A DNA stretch of 64,000 nt, from the NCBI RefSeq assembly GCF_009914755.1, contig NC_060936.1; one strand, written 5' to 3'. A program made the translations under genes and the position numbers. Below the pieces are notes generated by a model. The model was not told where the DNA came from. It ran no database searches and saw only the letters and a list, made by a program, of their open reading frames with translations. The stretch is from the human T2T-CHM13v2.0 reference genome, Homo sapiens. Below are positions 45,975-60,969 of the stretch, one piece after another; position 1 is the first letter of the stretch; every line of letters begins with the position of its first letter.

Positions 45975-48290
45975 TGTTTTTAATTGAGGTAAAATTCACA
46001 TAACATAAAAATTGAGAGCCATTTAGTACATTCACAATGTTGTGCAACCATTATGTCTACCTAGTTATGAAACTTTTAATCGCCTCAAAAGAAAATCCTG
46101 AACCCATTAAGCAGTTATTCCCCATTACCCACTTCCCCCAACCCCTGGCAACCATGAATCTACTTTCTGTCTCTATGGATTTACCTATTCTGTATATTAA
46201 TATTTTATATACCTGGAGTCTATACAGTATGTGACTTTTTGGGTCTGGCTTCTGTCACCTAGTATAATGTTTTCGAGGTTCATCCACATTGTAGCATGTA
46301 TCATCAGTATTTAATTCCTCTTTATGGTCAAATAATATTTATATATATACAGTTGTTTATCCTTTGATGGACATATGTTTTTACCTCTTAGATATTGTGA
46401 GTAGTACTGCTGTGAACATGTGCATATAGGTATTTGTTTTCATACCTGTTTTGAATTCATTTGTATGTATACCTAGGAGTCAAATTGCTGGGTCATATGA
46501 CAATTCTGTGTTTAATTTTTGAGGAATAGTCAAACTGTTTTCCACAGTACCTGAAACATTTTACATTCCCACCAGCAATGTATGTCTGCTCCAATTTGTC
46601 CACATCTCATCAACTTATTTTCCATTTTTTAAAACTATAGCCATCCTAATGGGTATGGAGTGGTATCTCATTGTGTTTGGTTTGCATTTCCCTAATGCCT
46701 AATGATGCTGAACATATTTTCTATGCTTGTTGGCCATTAGTATGTATTCTTTGGGGAAATGTCTAGGTCCCCTGCTCATGTTTTAATTAGGTTGTTTTTG
46801 TTGTTGAGTGGTAACAGTTCTATTGGGGGAACCTGCCCCCAATATTTCAATGTAGGTTCTTTCTATTTTCCATAAATGTCGGCCAACTGAGAAATAAAGA
46901 GAGACAGTACAAAGAGAGGAATTTTACAGCTGGGCCGCCAGGGGTGACATCACATATCGGTAGGACCGTGATGCCCGCCTGAGTCTCAGACCAGCAAGTT
47001 TTTATTAAGGGTTTCAAAAGGGGAGGTGGTGTAAGAACAGGGAGTAGGCACAAAGATCACATGCTTCAAAGGGCAAAAAGCAGAGCCACTAATAAGGGTC
47101 TAACAAAGATCACGTGCTTTTGAGGGAACAGGACAAGGGCAAAAGCAGAACCACTGATAAGGGTCCAACAAAGATCACAGGGCAAAGGGCAAAAGCAGAA
47201 CCACTGATAAGGGTCTATGTTCAGCAGTGCACATATTGTCTTGATAAACATCTTAAACAACAGAAAACGGGGTTTGAGAGCAGAGAAGCGGTCTGACCAC
47301 AAATTTACCAGGGCAGAGTTTTTCCCCACCCTAGTAAGCCTGAGGGTTCTGCAGGAGACCAGGGCGTATCTCAGTCCTTATCTCAACTGCACAAGACAGA
47401 CATTTCCCAGAGTGGCTGTTTATAGACCTCCCCCCAGGAACACATTCCTTTCCCAGGGTATTAATATTAATATTCCTTGCTAGGAAAAGAATTTAGCAAT
47501 ATCTTTCCTACTTGCATGTCCGTTTATAGGCTCTCTGCAAGAAGAGAAATATGGCTCTTTTTGTCTGACCCAGCAGGCAGTCAGATCTTATGGTTTTCTT
47601 CCCTTGTTCCATAAAAATCACTGTTATTCTGTTCTTTTTCAAGGTGCACTGATTTCATATTGTTCCAACACACATTTTACAATCAATTTGTACAGTTAAC
47701 ACAATTATCACAGTGGTCCTGAGGTGACATACATCCTCAGCTTACGAAGATAATAGGATTAAGAGTAAAGTAAAGACAGGCATAAGAAATTATAAAAGTA
47801 TTATTTGGGAGCAGATAAATGTCCATATTAATATGAAATCTTCACAATTTATGTTCCTCTGCCGCGGCTCCAGCCGGTCCCTCTGTTCAGGGTCCCTGAG
47901 TTTCCGCAACAGAGTTCTTTATTGTGGTTATAAAACCTTTATCAGATACATGATTTGCAGATATTTTCTCCCCTTCTCTAGGCTTCTTTTCACTTTGTTG
48001 ATAGTGTTCTTTGATACACAAAATATTTTAATTTTGGTGAAGTCCAATTTATCTATTTTTGTTTTTTTGTTACTCATGCTTTTGGTGTCATATCTAAGAC
48101 TCCATTGCCAAATGCACAGTTATGAAGATTTACCTGCCTCATGTTTTCTAAGAATTTTATGGTTTTAACTCTTTTATTTGGGTGATTGATCCATTTTGAA
48201 TTAATTTTTCTATATGGTATAAAGTGGGAGTCCATATGTTGCATGTGAGTATCTAGTTGTCCAAGCAACATTTGTTGAAGAAACTGGAAA
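45975..48290 (-). mobile_element. Antisense L1M remnant in intron 3, split by MER11
   Basis: L1 reverse text (TTACATTCCCACCAGCAATGTATG, TTTGCATTTCCCTAATG). Confidence 0.8.
46821..47911 (-). mobile_element. MER11 (HML-8/ERVK) solo LTR
   Basis: T(A)TTGGGGGAACCTGCCCCCAATATTTCAA...CCCTGAGTTTCCGCAACA; flanks CAGTTC/GAGTTC (~6-bp TSD); internal ~50-bp repeats at 47065-47220. Confidence 0.85.
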
Positions 48291-48319
48291 GACTTTAAAA
48301 TGAATATGTCCTATGTTGA

Positions 48320-48763
<444 letters not shown>

Positions 48764-48856
48764 TAGAACAAACTTCTTATGTTTTCAGTATTTTTTACAA
48801 AATTGAAGAAATCGGCTTTTTGATAACTTTTATTAGATAACATTTGTCTTCATCTA

Positions 48857-48958
48857 GGTTGACAAGTGCACTAAAATATCAGACTCCACCACTATACAAT
48901 TCACCCACGTAACCAAAAACCACTTCTACCCCAAAAGCTACTGAAATGTTTAAAAATT
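48857..48958 (+). mobile_element. Short L1PB/L1MA 3' end
   Basis: CACCACTATACAATTCACCCACGTAACCAAAAACCACTT; TSD AACATTTG(T/G)CTTCATCTA on both sides. Confidence 0.75.
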
Positions 48959-49149
48959 AAAACATTTGGCTTCATCTAAATTAAATTAATGGAAAAAAGC
49001 CAAATCAGCTTTTTTTTAGTCTGTATTTTTAAAAATTAGCCTTACTGAAGATACTAAACTGAAAAAAAAAATTTATGCATCTTAAAACAGATTAATCAAA
49101 CTTTATTGACTCTAAAAACATTCTTACATTGGTAACTTTTATTTTTCAG

Positions 49150-49154
49150 GGTGA
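49150..49154 (+). CDS. CREBL2: CREBL2 coding part of exon 4 (completes the Trp120 codon T|GG, then TGA)
   Basis: TTTTTCAG acceptor ending 49149; GG+TGA completes a 120-aa protein ending NSNSW, matching the remembered CREBL2 length. Confidence 0.9.
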
Positions 49155-50816
49155 AGATTATATAAAGATGAGTCAGTGATTGAAGCCAATATTCTGATTC
49201 CCATGGAAGATGGATGGGCAAGAGTGTACTTCTTGGCTCCATTTACTACCTACTGCTCAGTAGTCATCTCTGTAAATCTGCAATTTCTACCAAAATGTGT
49301 GATCGTAGATCTCAAAGGATCTTGCTTTAACTTTCAACACTTAGAAAATCTACAAACATTCAGACCTGTCTGGGTTGGTATTGCCACCCATGACATTTAA
49401 CATGTTGTGATGCTTGAAAACACAGGAGTAGAGAAAATCGATGAAGATTGTATTTTTGCACCTTAACTCCACATTGCTTTATTGGTTAATTTATATTCTT
49501 TCCATGTAATTCATGTAATTGTATGTCTGTGTGTGTTTTATGTGTCACCACCTTTCATGTTTTTGATTGCCCTACAAAGAGAAACCAAATGAGCTGATTA
49601 CTGACTATAAGTTCTCAGCCTTTATGGACCTAATCTTATTTTTATTTACTTGAGTAATGTTTATTCTCTGCATGAACCATGATTTCTCCTGTGAGCCATT
49701 CCAGCATAAGCTGTGAATATGTATTAACAAATATATACATTTCTATTTTTATAATCCATAAGGATATGCCTGTTTTAAATAACATACATATTAACAATAT
49801 CTATCAGGAAAACCCTCAAGACAGCTTCTAGTTAAAACCTTTGTTGCTGTCCTCTCAAACTATATTTATAAAAATTTGCTAGGGCCAAATCCATACTTGC
49901 AGAATAATTCATCAAATTTTATTTTTAAGTGAAAAGTAACCTTTCAGGCATTTCAGCAGCATACATTGACAATCTAGGGTATATATGTATGTATGTTTCT
50001 TATTGTATGTCTATATATGTATGTGGGGAGGACAGGAGTGAATGTTCACACACTTTTCTTGCGTACTCAACTAAATTGGAGAATGTTTCTGAAGAAAATT
50101 GGATGAAATTAGCTGCTGAGATTGAGTTTCTGCCTTAAAATCTGAAACAAAAAAAGGGACAAATTGCTGGTAGATCTACTGACTGTAGCCATCACCAGAA
50201 CACTTAGTTTCTTCCCAGACATGAATTTCCTGACAGGCTCTGAGCCAGAAACACACTGTGGGCGTGCATCTGGTTCAGCCCTGGATATGCCTCCACTGTG
50301 GAGGGAAGCATTGGAACTGGAGTTGTGCACAGCACCGCAGCTAGTGGGCCTGGCTGGGGGTGCAGAAGGGCAGGGTAGTTCTTTCCATTTCCCCTTGCAG
50401 CTACACTTACTTTCTCCCTGACTACCAAATGGAGTGACGGTTGAAGAATCAAGCTCATAATATGATACACCCAGACAGACCCAGAAATCTTTTGATTTCC
50501 CCAGCGAGATACTTACCACTCTCTCTTCTCTTTCCCATGGTTAAAACAGGAGTTGTGTTCTCTGTCGCTGCTAAATTATTCTTCACTTGAGTGAAGCAAA
50601 TATTTAGCTTCCAAATAAAGTATATTTTGTTCTGAACTGGCAGTTTAAGAGGAGATACCGTAGTCTAGATTGTCTTTGAGGTAGAATATATGATGGACCA
50701 CATAGTTTAAGATTACAAGGTACTTTCCCTCTTCTCTCAGGCCATGCATTTGAATAAAGTGCCTCCCTTAGCCTGAGCTCCTAAAGACCTCTTGTACTTG
50801 GTTGCAAACTCAGATC

Positions 50817-50843
50817 TCTAGTCTAGTCTAGTCTAGTCTAGTC
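50817..50843. repeat. (TCTAG)5 pentanucleotide microsatellite in the 3'UTR
   Basis: Read directly. Confidence 0.9.
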
Positions 50844-52236
50844 ATGTGTGACTGTGTACTGAGATACCACTAGCCCAGTTTGCTGGGTCTCTATGTTTTG
50901 GAAGTTGGGGGTTTAATAATATTTAATGTCTTTTTAGGATCATAAACATAAATAGGTTTGTTGATATTCAGGCCTTCAGAATTTAAGGGTTTTAAATATA
51001 GCATTCAGATTGTAATTGGTATGTTTTTGCCATCTGGTCCACTCAATTGTATATTTTTATTTTGCAAAACAACCCAAAACTTACTTTATGTTGCTTTGTT
51101 CAGTACCTTTTGAATTCCCCCAGAAGAGTTGTTTTCAAAACAAACATTCCAGAATGAATGTCGCTCTTCAATGGAACGTCTTTATTGTGCTTGAAGTATT
51201 TCTTCTCTGGTTGTAATTCTAAATTACAGAGTCATTTGAGCTTTCTCCCCTCCCGCTAGTATCTTTACAGGAGCAGGGAAGAGCAGTAGAGGATGTATAA
51301 TTTTGGGCGAAGTTAAATTACAATTTATTTGAGGTTATTCCTAAACCTATTTATTTGGTGTTTTGGAGGAGATCACACACTAAGAGAACGTTGATTGCCT
51401 CGGCTATTGTGCTGGCTGGACACTTTGGTCACTTTTGAAGCATGTTAATAAATGTCACTGATTAAAACAGCTGGAGCATTTCCTTCCCTTTCCAGTGAAG
51501 GAGCAGCATAGTGAAATCCTGGCACCCCTCACCTTTTTGTGATGACAAGATGGCTGACAGTCACGGAGTCCAGGAGAAGGTGCTGCTCTCCTTGCTTTCT
51601 GAGTAAACAGAGTAATGTTTTTTTTCTTATTTTCCCAAAGAAAGAAAAGGGGGAAAATATATTTGTATGTTTAGACCAGCCAAATTCTGTCATTATTTTA
51701 GTATCAACCTGCTGTATATTAGAGCAACTGAATATAATATGGAATAAGTTTGACCAGGTCAAGTTTTAGGATATAGTTGAATTTCTTTAAAAAGTTTTCT
51801 ATTTTATCTAAAATCTTTCTATTATATCTAAATTAGAATGATCATCCTGCGCAAATTCAGATTACTGTTTGCTGGCTAATTGACAGTATTTCTCAGCATC
51901 ACTATGTAGCATTCTGTTTTAGCATCTTTGAATTATGATCATTTGATTTGGCTAATTACAAAAAGTACAGGTTTAAACTGGACTTACCTTGAGTTAAAGG
52001 CAAAGAAAATCTAAAAACATAAATGTTATATTTCACAAGAAATCAGTTGCATATTATCCATTACATATTTAGTTTTAAAAGGAGGAGTCACCTTGAATTA
52101 TTTTCTGAGTCACCTTGAGTTATTTGATCTCTCAGCCTGCTTTCTCATCTGTAAAAAAGGGGGGAGGATAACTTTCACAGGGTAATTGGTAGGCTAAATA
52201 GGAGTTACAGAAAACTGTTAAATAGGGAAGAACTAC

Positions 52237-52242
52237 ATTAAA
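52237..52242 (+). terminator. Probable distal polyadenylation signal (ATTAAA)
   Basis: ATTAAA with TGTGTTT/TTGTT 20-40 nt downstream. Confidence 0.5.
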
Positions 52243-52805
52243 TTTAAATATTCACATTATGCCTGTGTTTGACTATTGTTAGCATTTAAGTCACTAAAGA
52301 TCAATATATTTAATGAGTTGGACTCTAAATATGTGCTACTGTAGGTATCACATTTCCCAAGTCTTTTTAGCTATATCATGTCTATCTTCGGAATGGTATA
52401 GTCGGGGGCCCTTTTTATCAATAATAGCCTTCTATTAATTAGACTAATTTTAAGAACAACTAATACTTCAACTGGCAATATCATCCTATAATTATCCACA
52501 TAAAGTAGTCTTTCAGGCTGCTAGGTAACTTGGCTGTCTTCTATTCCATCCGTTCTATTTAACTACACGATGGTCATGAATCAGTGGCAGGACTGCCTTG
52601 TAAAGTTGTGCTGATTTTGCACTGCACAAAAGTACATAGTTAAGGAGGCGAATGGACTTTAAAATCTAGTTCACATTCCCCTCAACAAGCTACGTGTGGA
52701 GGAAGGGGCTCTTGCCTTCTCACCAAGGTGTACATGTGGCACAGGTCTCCCCAGAAGAGGTGTCTTTTTCTAATTTGCCCAAAGGGGATACCTGTCTTAA
52801 TACAT

Positions 52806-52819
52806 CCACCAGGGGGTGC
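52806..52819 (+). promoter_or_regulatory. CTCF core motif CCACCAGGGGGTGC
   Basis: 13/14 match to CCACCAGGGGGCGC, in unique sequence downstream of the gene. Confidence 0.65.
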
Positions 52820-53266
52820 CTTTTTAAAAATGTGCAAAGCCGTGGTGTGTTGCAGCTGGCTTTTGCTGGCTCCCCAGAGGAGAACCAATTGTGTGCATCT
52901 CTTCCCAACTTGATGTTCAGTGACATCAGGTTGGTAGCTTTTAATGGACAATGGTAGGAGTATTTGTATCATAGAAGTTAGTAAATGCTGCAAATTGTGG
53001 ATCCCCCACCCCCTCAGTCAGTTTCTAACACACCACTGAAAAAGGCCCGATGTAGGCTAGCATTGCATTTCCCAGAGCAGGCACACTGGAGTCCTAAAAT
53101 GTGTATGATTAAAGGACACATAGACCTGGAAGAACTCTTTTTATAAAGCTGTAGGCAGCTTGGAGATGTCCGTATCAAATTCAGATTGGTTCACAGACAT
53201 ATGGTAGTTCTGACTCAGAAACTGTTACGGGTCACAGAAAAATACACAGTCCAACTCTAGAAATGA

Positions 53267-53582
<316 letters not shown>

Positions 53583-54217
53583 GAATCAGCTGAATTCTTA
53601 AGCCTTAGCATAAAAGCAGGCACAACTAATACACCTACTGTGTTGTGATACAGTTCACCAGACACTCCTGGATTGAGGAGGGCTGGAGCTGGACAGTGAA
53701 CTCTGGCTTACAGGCCATTTTGACTTTGCAGTAAGATAAATATTTGGGCAGGAAAATTTTCCCATGATCCAACAGATCCCAATCCAATCTTACTATGCCT
53801 CGGCAACCCTTTCCTGAGAAGGACAGCAGTGCCTGGCAAGCACATTATAAACCTGAGTCCAGGTTTATCCCCTTGTGTAATCAAGTCCATGGGCTGGATG
53901 TGACAACACATGTGCCTAAGCTAGGTAGGCTTGAATAGTACAGAATGAAATAGGCCAAAAGGCTGTCCCAAGCCCACACTGAGTTTCAGATCTTACCTCT
54001 TAAATGGAACAGAGACCATGCTTGTCAGCACCACAAGAAAAGTTTGTACAAGACTTGTGGCAATAAATAGATACCTCTAAACCTGCTCATTCTCAGGCCA
54101 GGACAGGCCTCAGCTGCCACAAAGGAAGAGAGAGAATGTTGAAAAAGTAAGGAAGAAAGAAAACCAAAAGATGGCCAAGCCTTCTTTCAGAAGGAGGAAG
54201 ATAGTTCATATGGGGGC

Positions 54218-54326
54218 TATATTAGTCCATTCTCTCATTGCTGTAAAGAAATAACTGGCAGAGCTTGCAGTGAGCCAAGATCACACCACTGCACTCCAGC
54301 CTGGGCAACAGAGCAAGACTCTGTCT

Positions 54327-54370
<44 letters not shown>

Positions 54371-56698
54371 GACTGGGTAGTTTATAAAGAAAAGAGGTTT
54401 GATTGGCTCACATGTGGTTCTGCAGGCTGTACAGGAAGCATGACTGGGGAGGCCTCAGGAAACTTACAGTCATGATGGAAGACAAAGTGAGAGCAGGCAT
54501 CTTGCATGGCAGCATTGGGACCAGGGATCGGGGGTACCACACGCTTTTAAATAACCGGATCTTGTGAGCACTCACTATACAGCACCAAAGGGGGATGGTG
54601 CTAAACCATTCATGGGAACTCCACCCTCATGATCCAGTCACCTCCCACCAGTCCCCACCTCCCAACACTGAGGATTACATTTTGATATGAGATTTGGTGG
54701 GGACCAGATCCAAGCCATATCATTCTGCCCCTGGCCCCTCCAAATCTCATGTCCTTCTCACATTGCAAAGTATAATCATCCCCTTCTCAGTAGCCCCCCG
54801 AAGTCTCAACTAATTCCAATATTAGCTCAAAAGTCCACAGTCCAAAGTCTTATCTGAGACAACACAAGTCCCTTCCACCTATGAGCCTGTACAGTCAAAA
54901 ACAAGTTAGTTACTTCCAAGATACAAAAGAGGTACAAGTATTGGGTAAATACTCCCACTCCAAAAGGGAGAAATCAACCAAAAGAAAGGGGCTACAGGCC
55001 CTATGCAAGTCTGAAACCCAGCTGGGCAGTCATTAACTCTTAAAGCTCCAAAATCTCCTTTGACTTCATGTCTCACATCCAGGGCACACTGGTGCAAGGG
55101 GTGGGCTCCCAAAGCCTTGGGCAGCTCTGCCCCTGCGGTTCAGCCTCCATGGATGCCCTCATGGGCTGGTGTTAAGTGCTAGTGGCTTTTCTAGGTGCAT
55201 GGTGCAAGCTGTTGGTGGCTCTACCATTCCAGGGTATGGAGGATGGTGGCTCTCTTCTCACAGCTCCACCAGGCAGTGCCCCAGTGGGGACTCTCTGTGG
55301 GGGCTCCAACCCCACACTTTCCCTCCTCAGTACCCTACATGAGGGCTCTGCCCCTACAGCAGGCTTCTGCCTGCACATCCAGGCTTTTCCATACATCTTC
55401 TGAAATCTAGGCAGAGGCTCCCAAGTCTCAACTCTTGCACCCTGTGCACCTGCAGGCTTAACACCATGTGGAAGCTGCCAAGGCTTATGGCTTGCACCCT
55501 CTGAAGCACCAGCTTGAGCTGTATCCAGACACCTTTGAGCCATAGCTGGAGGTGGAGTGGTTGGGATGCAGGGAGCAGAGTCCTGAGGCTATTCAGGGCA
55601 ACAGGGCCCTGGACCTGGCCCATGGAACCATTCAATCCTCCTAGGCCTCTGGGCCTGTGATGGGAGAGGCTGTCTCTTAGATCTCTGAAATGTCTTGAGG
55701 GCTTAACCTCATTGTCTTGACTATCAGCAATTGGTTGCTTTTTACTAAGTAAATTTCTGCAGTGGGCTTGAATTCCTGCCCTGAAAATGGGCTTTGTTTT
55801 TATACCACATGGCCAGGCTACAAATTTCCCAAACTTTTATGCTTTGCTTCCCTTTTAAATATAAGTTCCAGTTTTATGTCATTTCTTTGCTCATGCACAT
55901 GAGCATATGCTGTTAGAAGCAGCCAGGCTAAATCTTGAATGCTTTGCTGCTTAGAAACTTCTTCCGCCAGATACCCTAAATCATCATTCTCAAGTTCAAA
56001 GTTCCACATATACCTAAGGCAGGAGCACAATGCCTCCGAATTCATTGCTAAAGCATAGGAAAAGTGATCTTTGCTCCAGTTCTCAGTTAAGTTCCTCATC
56101 TCTGTCTGAGATGTCATCAGCCTGGCCATCTCTGTTCCATATCACTATCAGCATTTTGGTCACAACCATTTAACAAGTCTCTAGGAAGTTCCAAACCTTC
56201 TCATCTTTCTGTCTTCTTCTGAGCCCTCCACACTCTTCCAACATCTGCCTGTTACCCAGTTTCAAAGCTGCTTCCACATTTTCAGGTATCTTTATAGAAA
56301 TACCCCACTTCTGGTACCAATTTTCTGTATTAGTCTGTTCTCACATTCCTATAAATAAATACCTGAGACTGGATAATATATAAAGAAAAGAGGTTCAATT
56401 GGCTCATGGTTCCATAGGCTGTATGGAAAGCATGGCAGCATCTGCTTTTGGGGAAGCCTCAGGAAAAAGCAGGAGCAGGTGTCTTACATGGCAGAAGCAG
56501 GACCAAAGGGGTGGGGAAGATGTTACACACTTTTTAAATCAACCAGATCTTGTGAGAACTCACACTATACAGTACCAAAGGGGGGATGGTGCAACTCTGC
56601 CCTCATGATCCAGTCACCTCCCACCAGACATCACCTCCAACACTGGGGATTACAATTTGACATGAGATTTGGTGGGGACACAGATCCAAATCATATCA
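54218..56698 (-). mobile_element. MST (MaLR) element LTR-int-LTR, with a truncated Alu at 54258-54363
   Basis: Two LTRs (54218-54722, 56327-56698) flanking MST-int; flanks GGGGC/GGAGC (~5-bp TSD). Confidence 0.88.
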
Positions 56699-57037
56699 GG
56701 AGCCAAAGCAAAGATGAAAGCTGGCAATGCCTGTTTTCTTGTTGGAGTAACCTCACCTTTTTGCCACTCCAGACAAAAAAAGAAAAACCCATGTGCCCAT
56801 GAGCCTTTTGAACCAGGCAGAGTAAGAAATCTACCTAGCAATAACCAATAAAATGTCTTTAAAGCTGACTGTAGTGCAACAGTCCTCTTCCTGAAATAGT
56901 GGGGAGAAGGGAGACTTCAGCACAAATCAGAAGAATACAGACTAGTGTAAGAAACAAACCATAATAAATCTGGGCTCAGGAGATGATAACTCATTTTAGA
57001 TGATACAGGGGTAACCAGCTAGATATATTTGAAGTAG

Positions 57038-57443
<406 letters not shown>

Positions 57444-57663
57444 TTCCTTTAAATGACCACGCTTAGTGAAATTAATGTTTTCAGATCATTAGGCATACCA
57501 TTATGTGACTGGAGGTGACACAAAACATCAAGCTAAAATGTGCTTATCCATTTGTTATTAGGTTAGATGAAAACAGAATGGCTCTACAAGTCTGATATGT
57601 GCCAATATCATTTTAAGTAAACATGACTTTTTAGGAGCTTTTTTTTTTTTTAGTAAAAAATGT

Positions 57664-57860
57664 AACCAGTTGTGTACTGATAGATGTTTAACACCTGACG
57701 CTTGGTTGAGGGGAGGCCTAATTTGTAGTATTTGCCAATTTCTGGGGTGGAAATATTCCCACCATAGTTGGTTTCAAGCTACTGTGTTCTTAACCAGCTC
57801 CCAAAGTTTTTGAAAATTTAGGATTGGCTCTTGCAAGTGTGTATGAGCCAATTGTACATC
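57664..57860. mobile_element. Old hAT-type DNA transposon remnant (MER63-like)
   Basis: TTTGCCAATTTC...AATATTCCCACCATAGTTGGTTTCAAGCTAC resembles remembered consensus. Confidence 0.4.
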
Positions 57861-58009
57861 ATGGGATAACATATATGGCATAAAGATGGGATATCAGTTA
57901 GGAATCTCTTGGCTGCAAGTAAAGAATACACAACTAAAATTGACAAATAATAAAGACCTATCTCACATAATAAGTCTGAGGACTACAGTGGCTCAACAAT
58001 GTCATTAAA

Positions 58010-58525
<516 letters not shown>

Positions 58526-58689
58526 AAAAATGACATTAAAAACCCAGAATCTTTCCTTCCTTCTGCTCCACCATCCTCTGCAGATTGGCTGTCACCCTCA
58601 GCTTACCCACTCATGGTTATAAGACAACTGCTCCAGGCATCACTCTCACAACCATGATCTAAGGAGGAAAAGGAGTTTTTTCTTGCTAC

Positions 58690-59032
58690 TGTTAATGGTG
58701 GAGGGTCTCCAGGTTCTTGACGTTTTGAACAAAGAATTGGACAAAACGCACAAACAAAGCAAGGAAAGAATGAAGGGTTTTACTGAAAATGAAAGTACAC
58801 TTCACAGTGTGGGAGCGGGCCTGTGCACAGGGGCTCAAAGACTCTGTTAACAGAGTTTTTGTGAGCTTAAATACCCTCTACTTGGGGTACGACCTATGTA
58901 AATGAAGAGGATGAAGTAAAGTTACAAAGTCATTTACTCAGTGTATGCCCTATGGAGAGGATATTTCCTGTCATAGCTGAAATGTGAATCAGCCTTATGT
59001 TCCCTGCCTCCAGACCCTATTTTTCTGCCTCA
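58690..59032 (-). mobile_element. ERV1 solo LTR (MER51-like, short)
   Basis: TG...CA ends, 4-bp TSD CTAC, GAACAAAGAATTGGACAAAACGCACAAACAAAGCAAGG. Confidence 0.75.
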
Positions 59033-59669
59033 CTACTTCATCTTATCAGGGAGAAAAACCTTTCCCAGATGCCCCCTCAACAGACTTATCTTTACATCTC
59101 ATTGGCCAGAAGTTTGGGCTAGATGAACACCAATAAGCCATTCACTGATAAGAGGGAATGGAATTGCCATGATTGGCTTAAACACAGTTAATCCCTTAAA
59201 ACCAACTAACCTTGACTTCATTGCTACTTCACACCTGAACAAAATCAGTGCTGTTGGCAAGGAAGGGAGTGGCTGTTAGGAAGTACAACCAACAATGTCT
59301 ACCACAACAAATGAATGCAGTTAACTGTGGAATAAACCAGAGATCATCAGTAAACAAATGACTGAGCTTTGGTAGAACTTCCTAAATTCCAATCAAGGTG
59401 ACTTTGGTAGACTCTCAAGAAAGCATACCTAAATGTGATATAATTTATTAAGTACAAACCAATTCTGCCCTCTTATGAGAATATATGACTAGATGGAGGA
59501 TGATCAGAACAAAGAAAATGGAAATCAAAAGAGTCAGAAGGTGGTAGAGTTTATTCAGCACTCTTCAGAAAGAGACTATGAATATGGCATACAAAAGTCT
59601 AGTTGTCAAAGAGGTACATGTAAATATTGAGCTGAGATGGTTCGTTAGGTCCTTTCATGGCCTGAATGA

Positions 59670-60812
<1,143 letters not shown>

Positions 60813-60969
60813 CTAAGAGGAAGCATGGAAAATAAAAGAAAAAAATCAGAGTCGGGGGGCTTTTTAGGCAAAACCCACAAGACTGATAAATGGACTACAG
60901 AAAAGTGTCTGTTTGAAAAAATGCCATAACAAAGCTTTAAAAGACAAATGATAAAATAGAAAATATCTT

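Larger units (their letters stand above)
49155..52262 (+). other. CREBL2: CREBL2 3'UTR (~3.1 kb)
   Basis: Alu-free AT-rich sequence after the stop; AATAAA at ~50613, ~50753 and 51447; ATTAAA at 51461 and 52237 followed by a GT-rich tract. The 3' end is inferred. Confidence 0.7.

Noticed and set aside
50109-50519. 136-aa antisense ORF in the 3'UTR
   Set aside because: Non-ATG start and no homology recognised; probably chance in a locally GC-richer segment.
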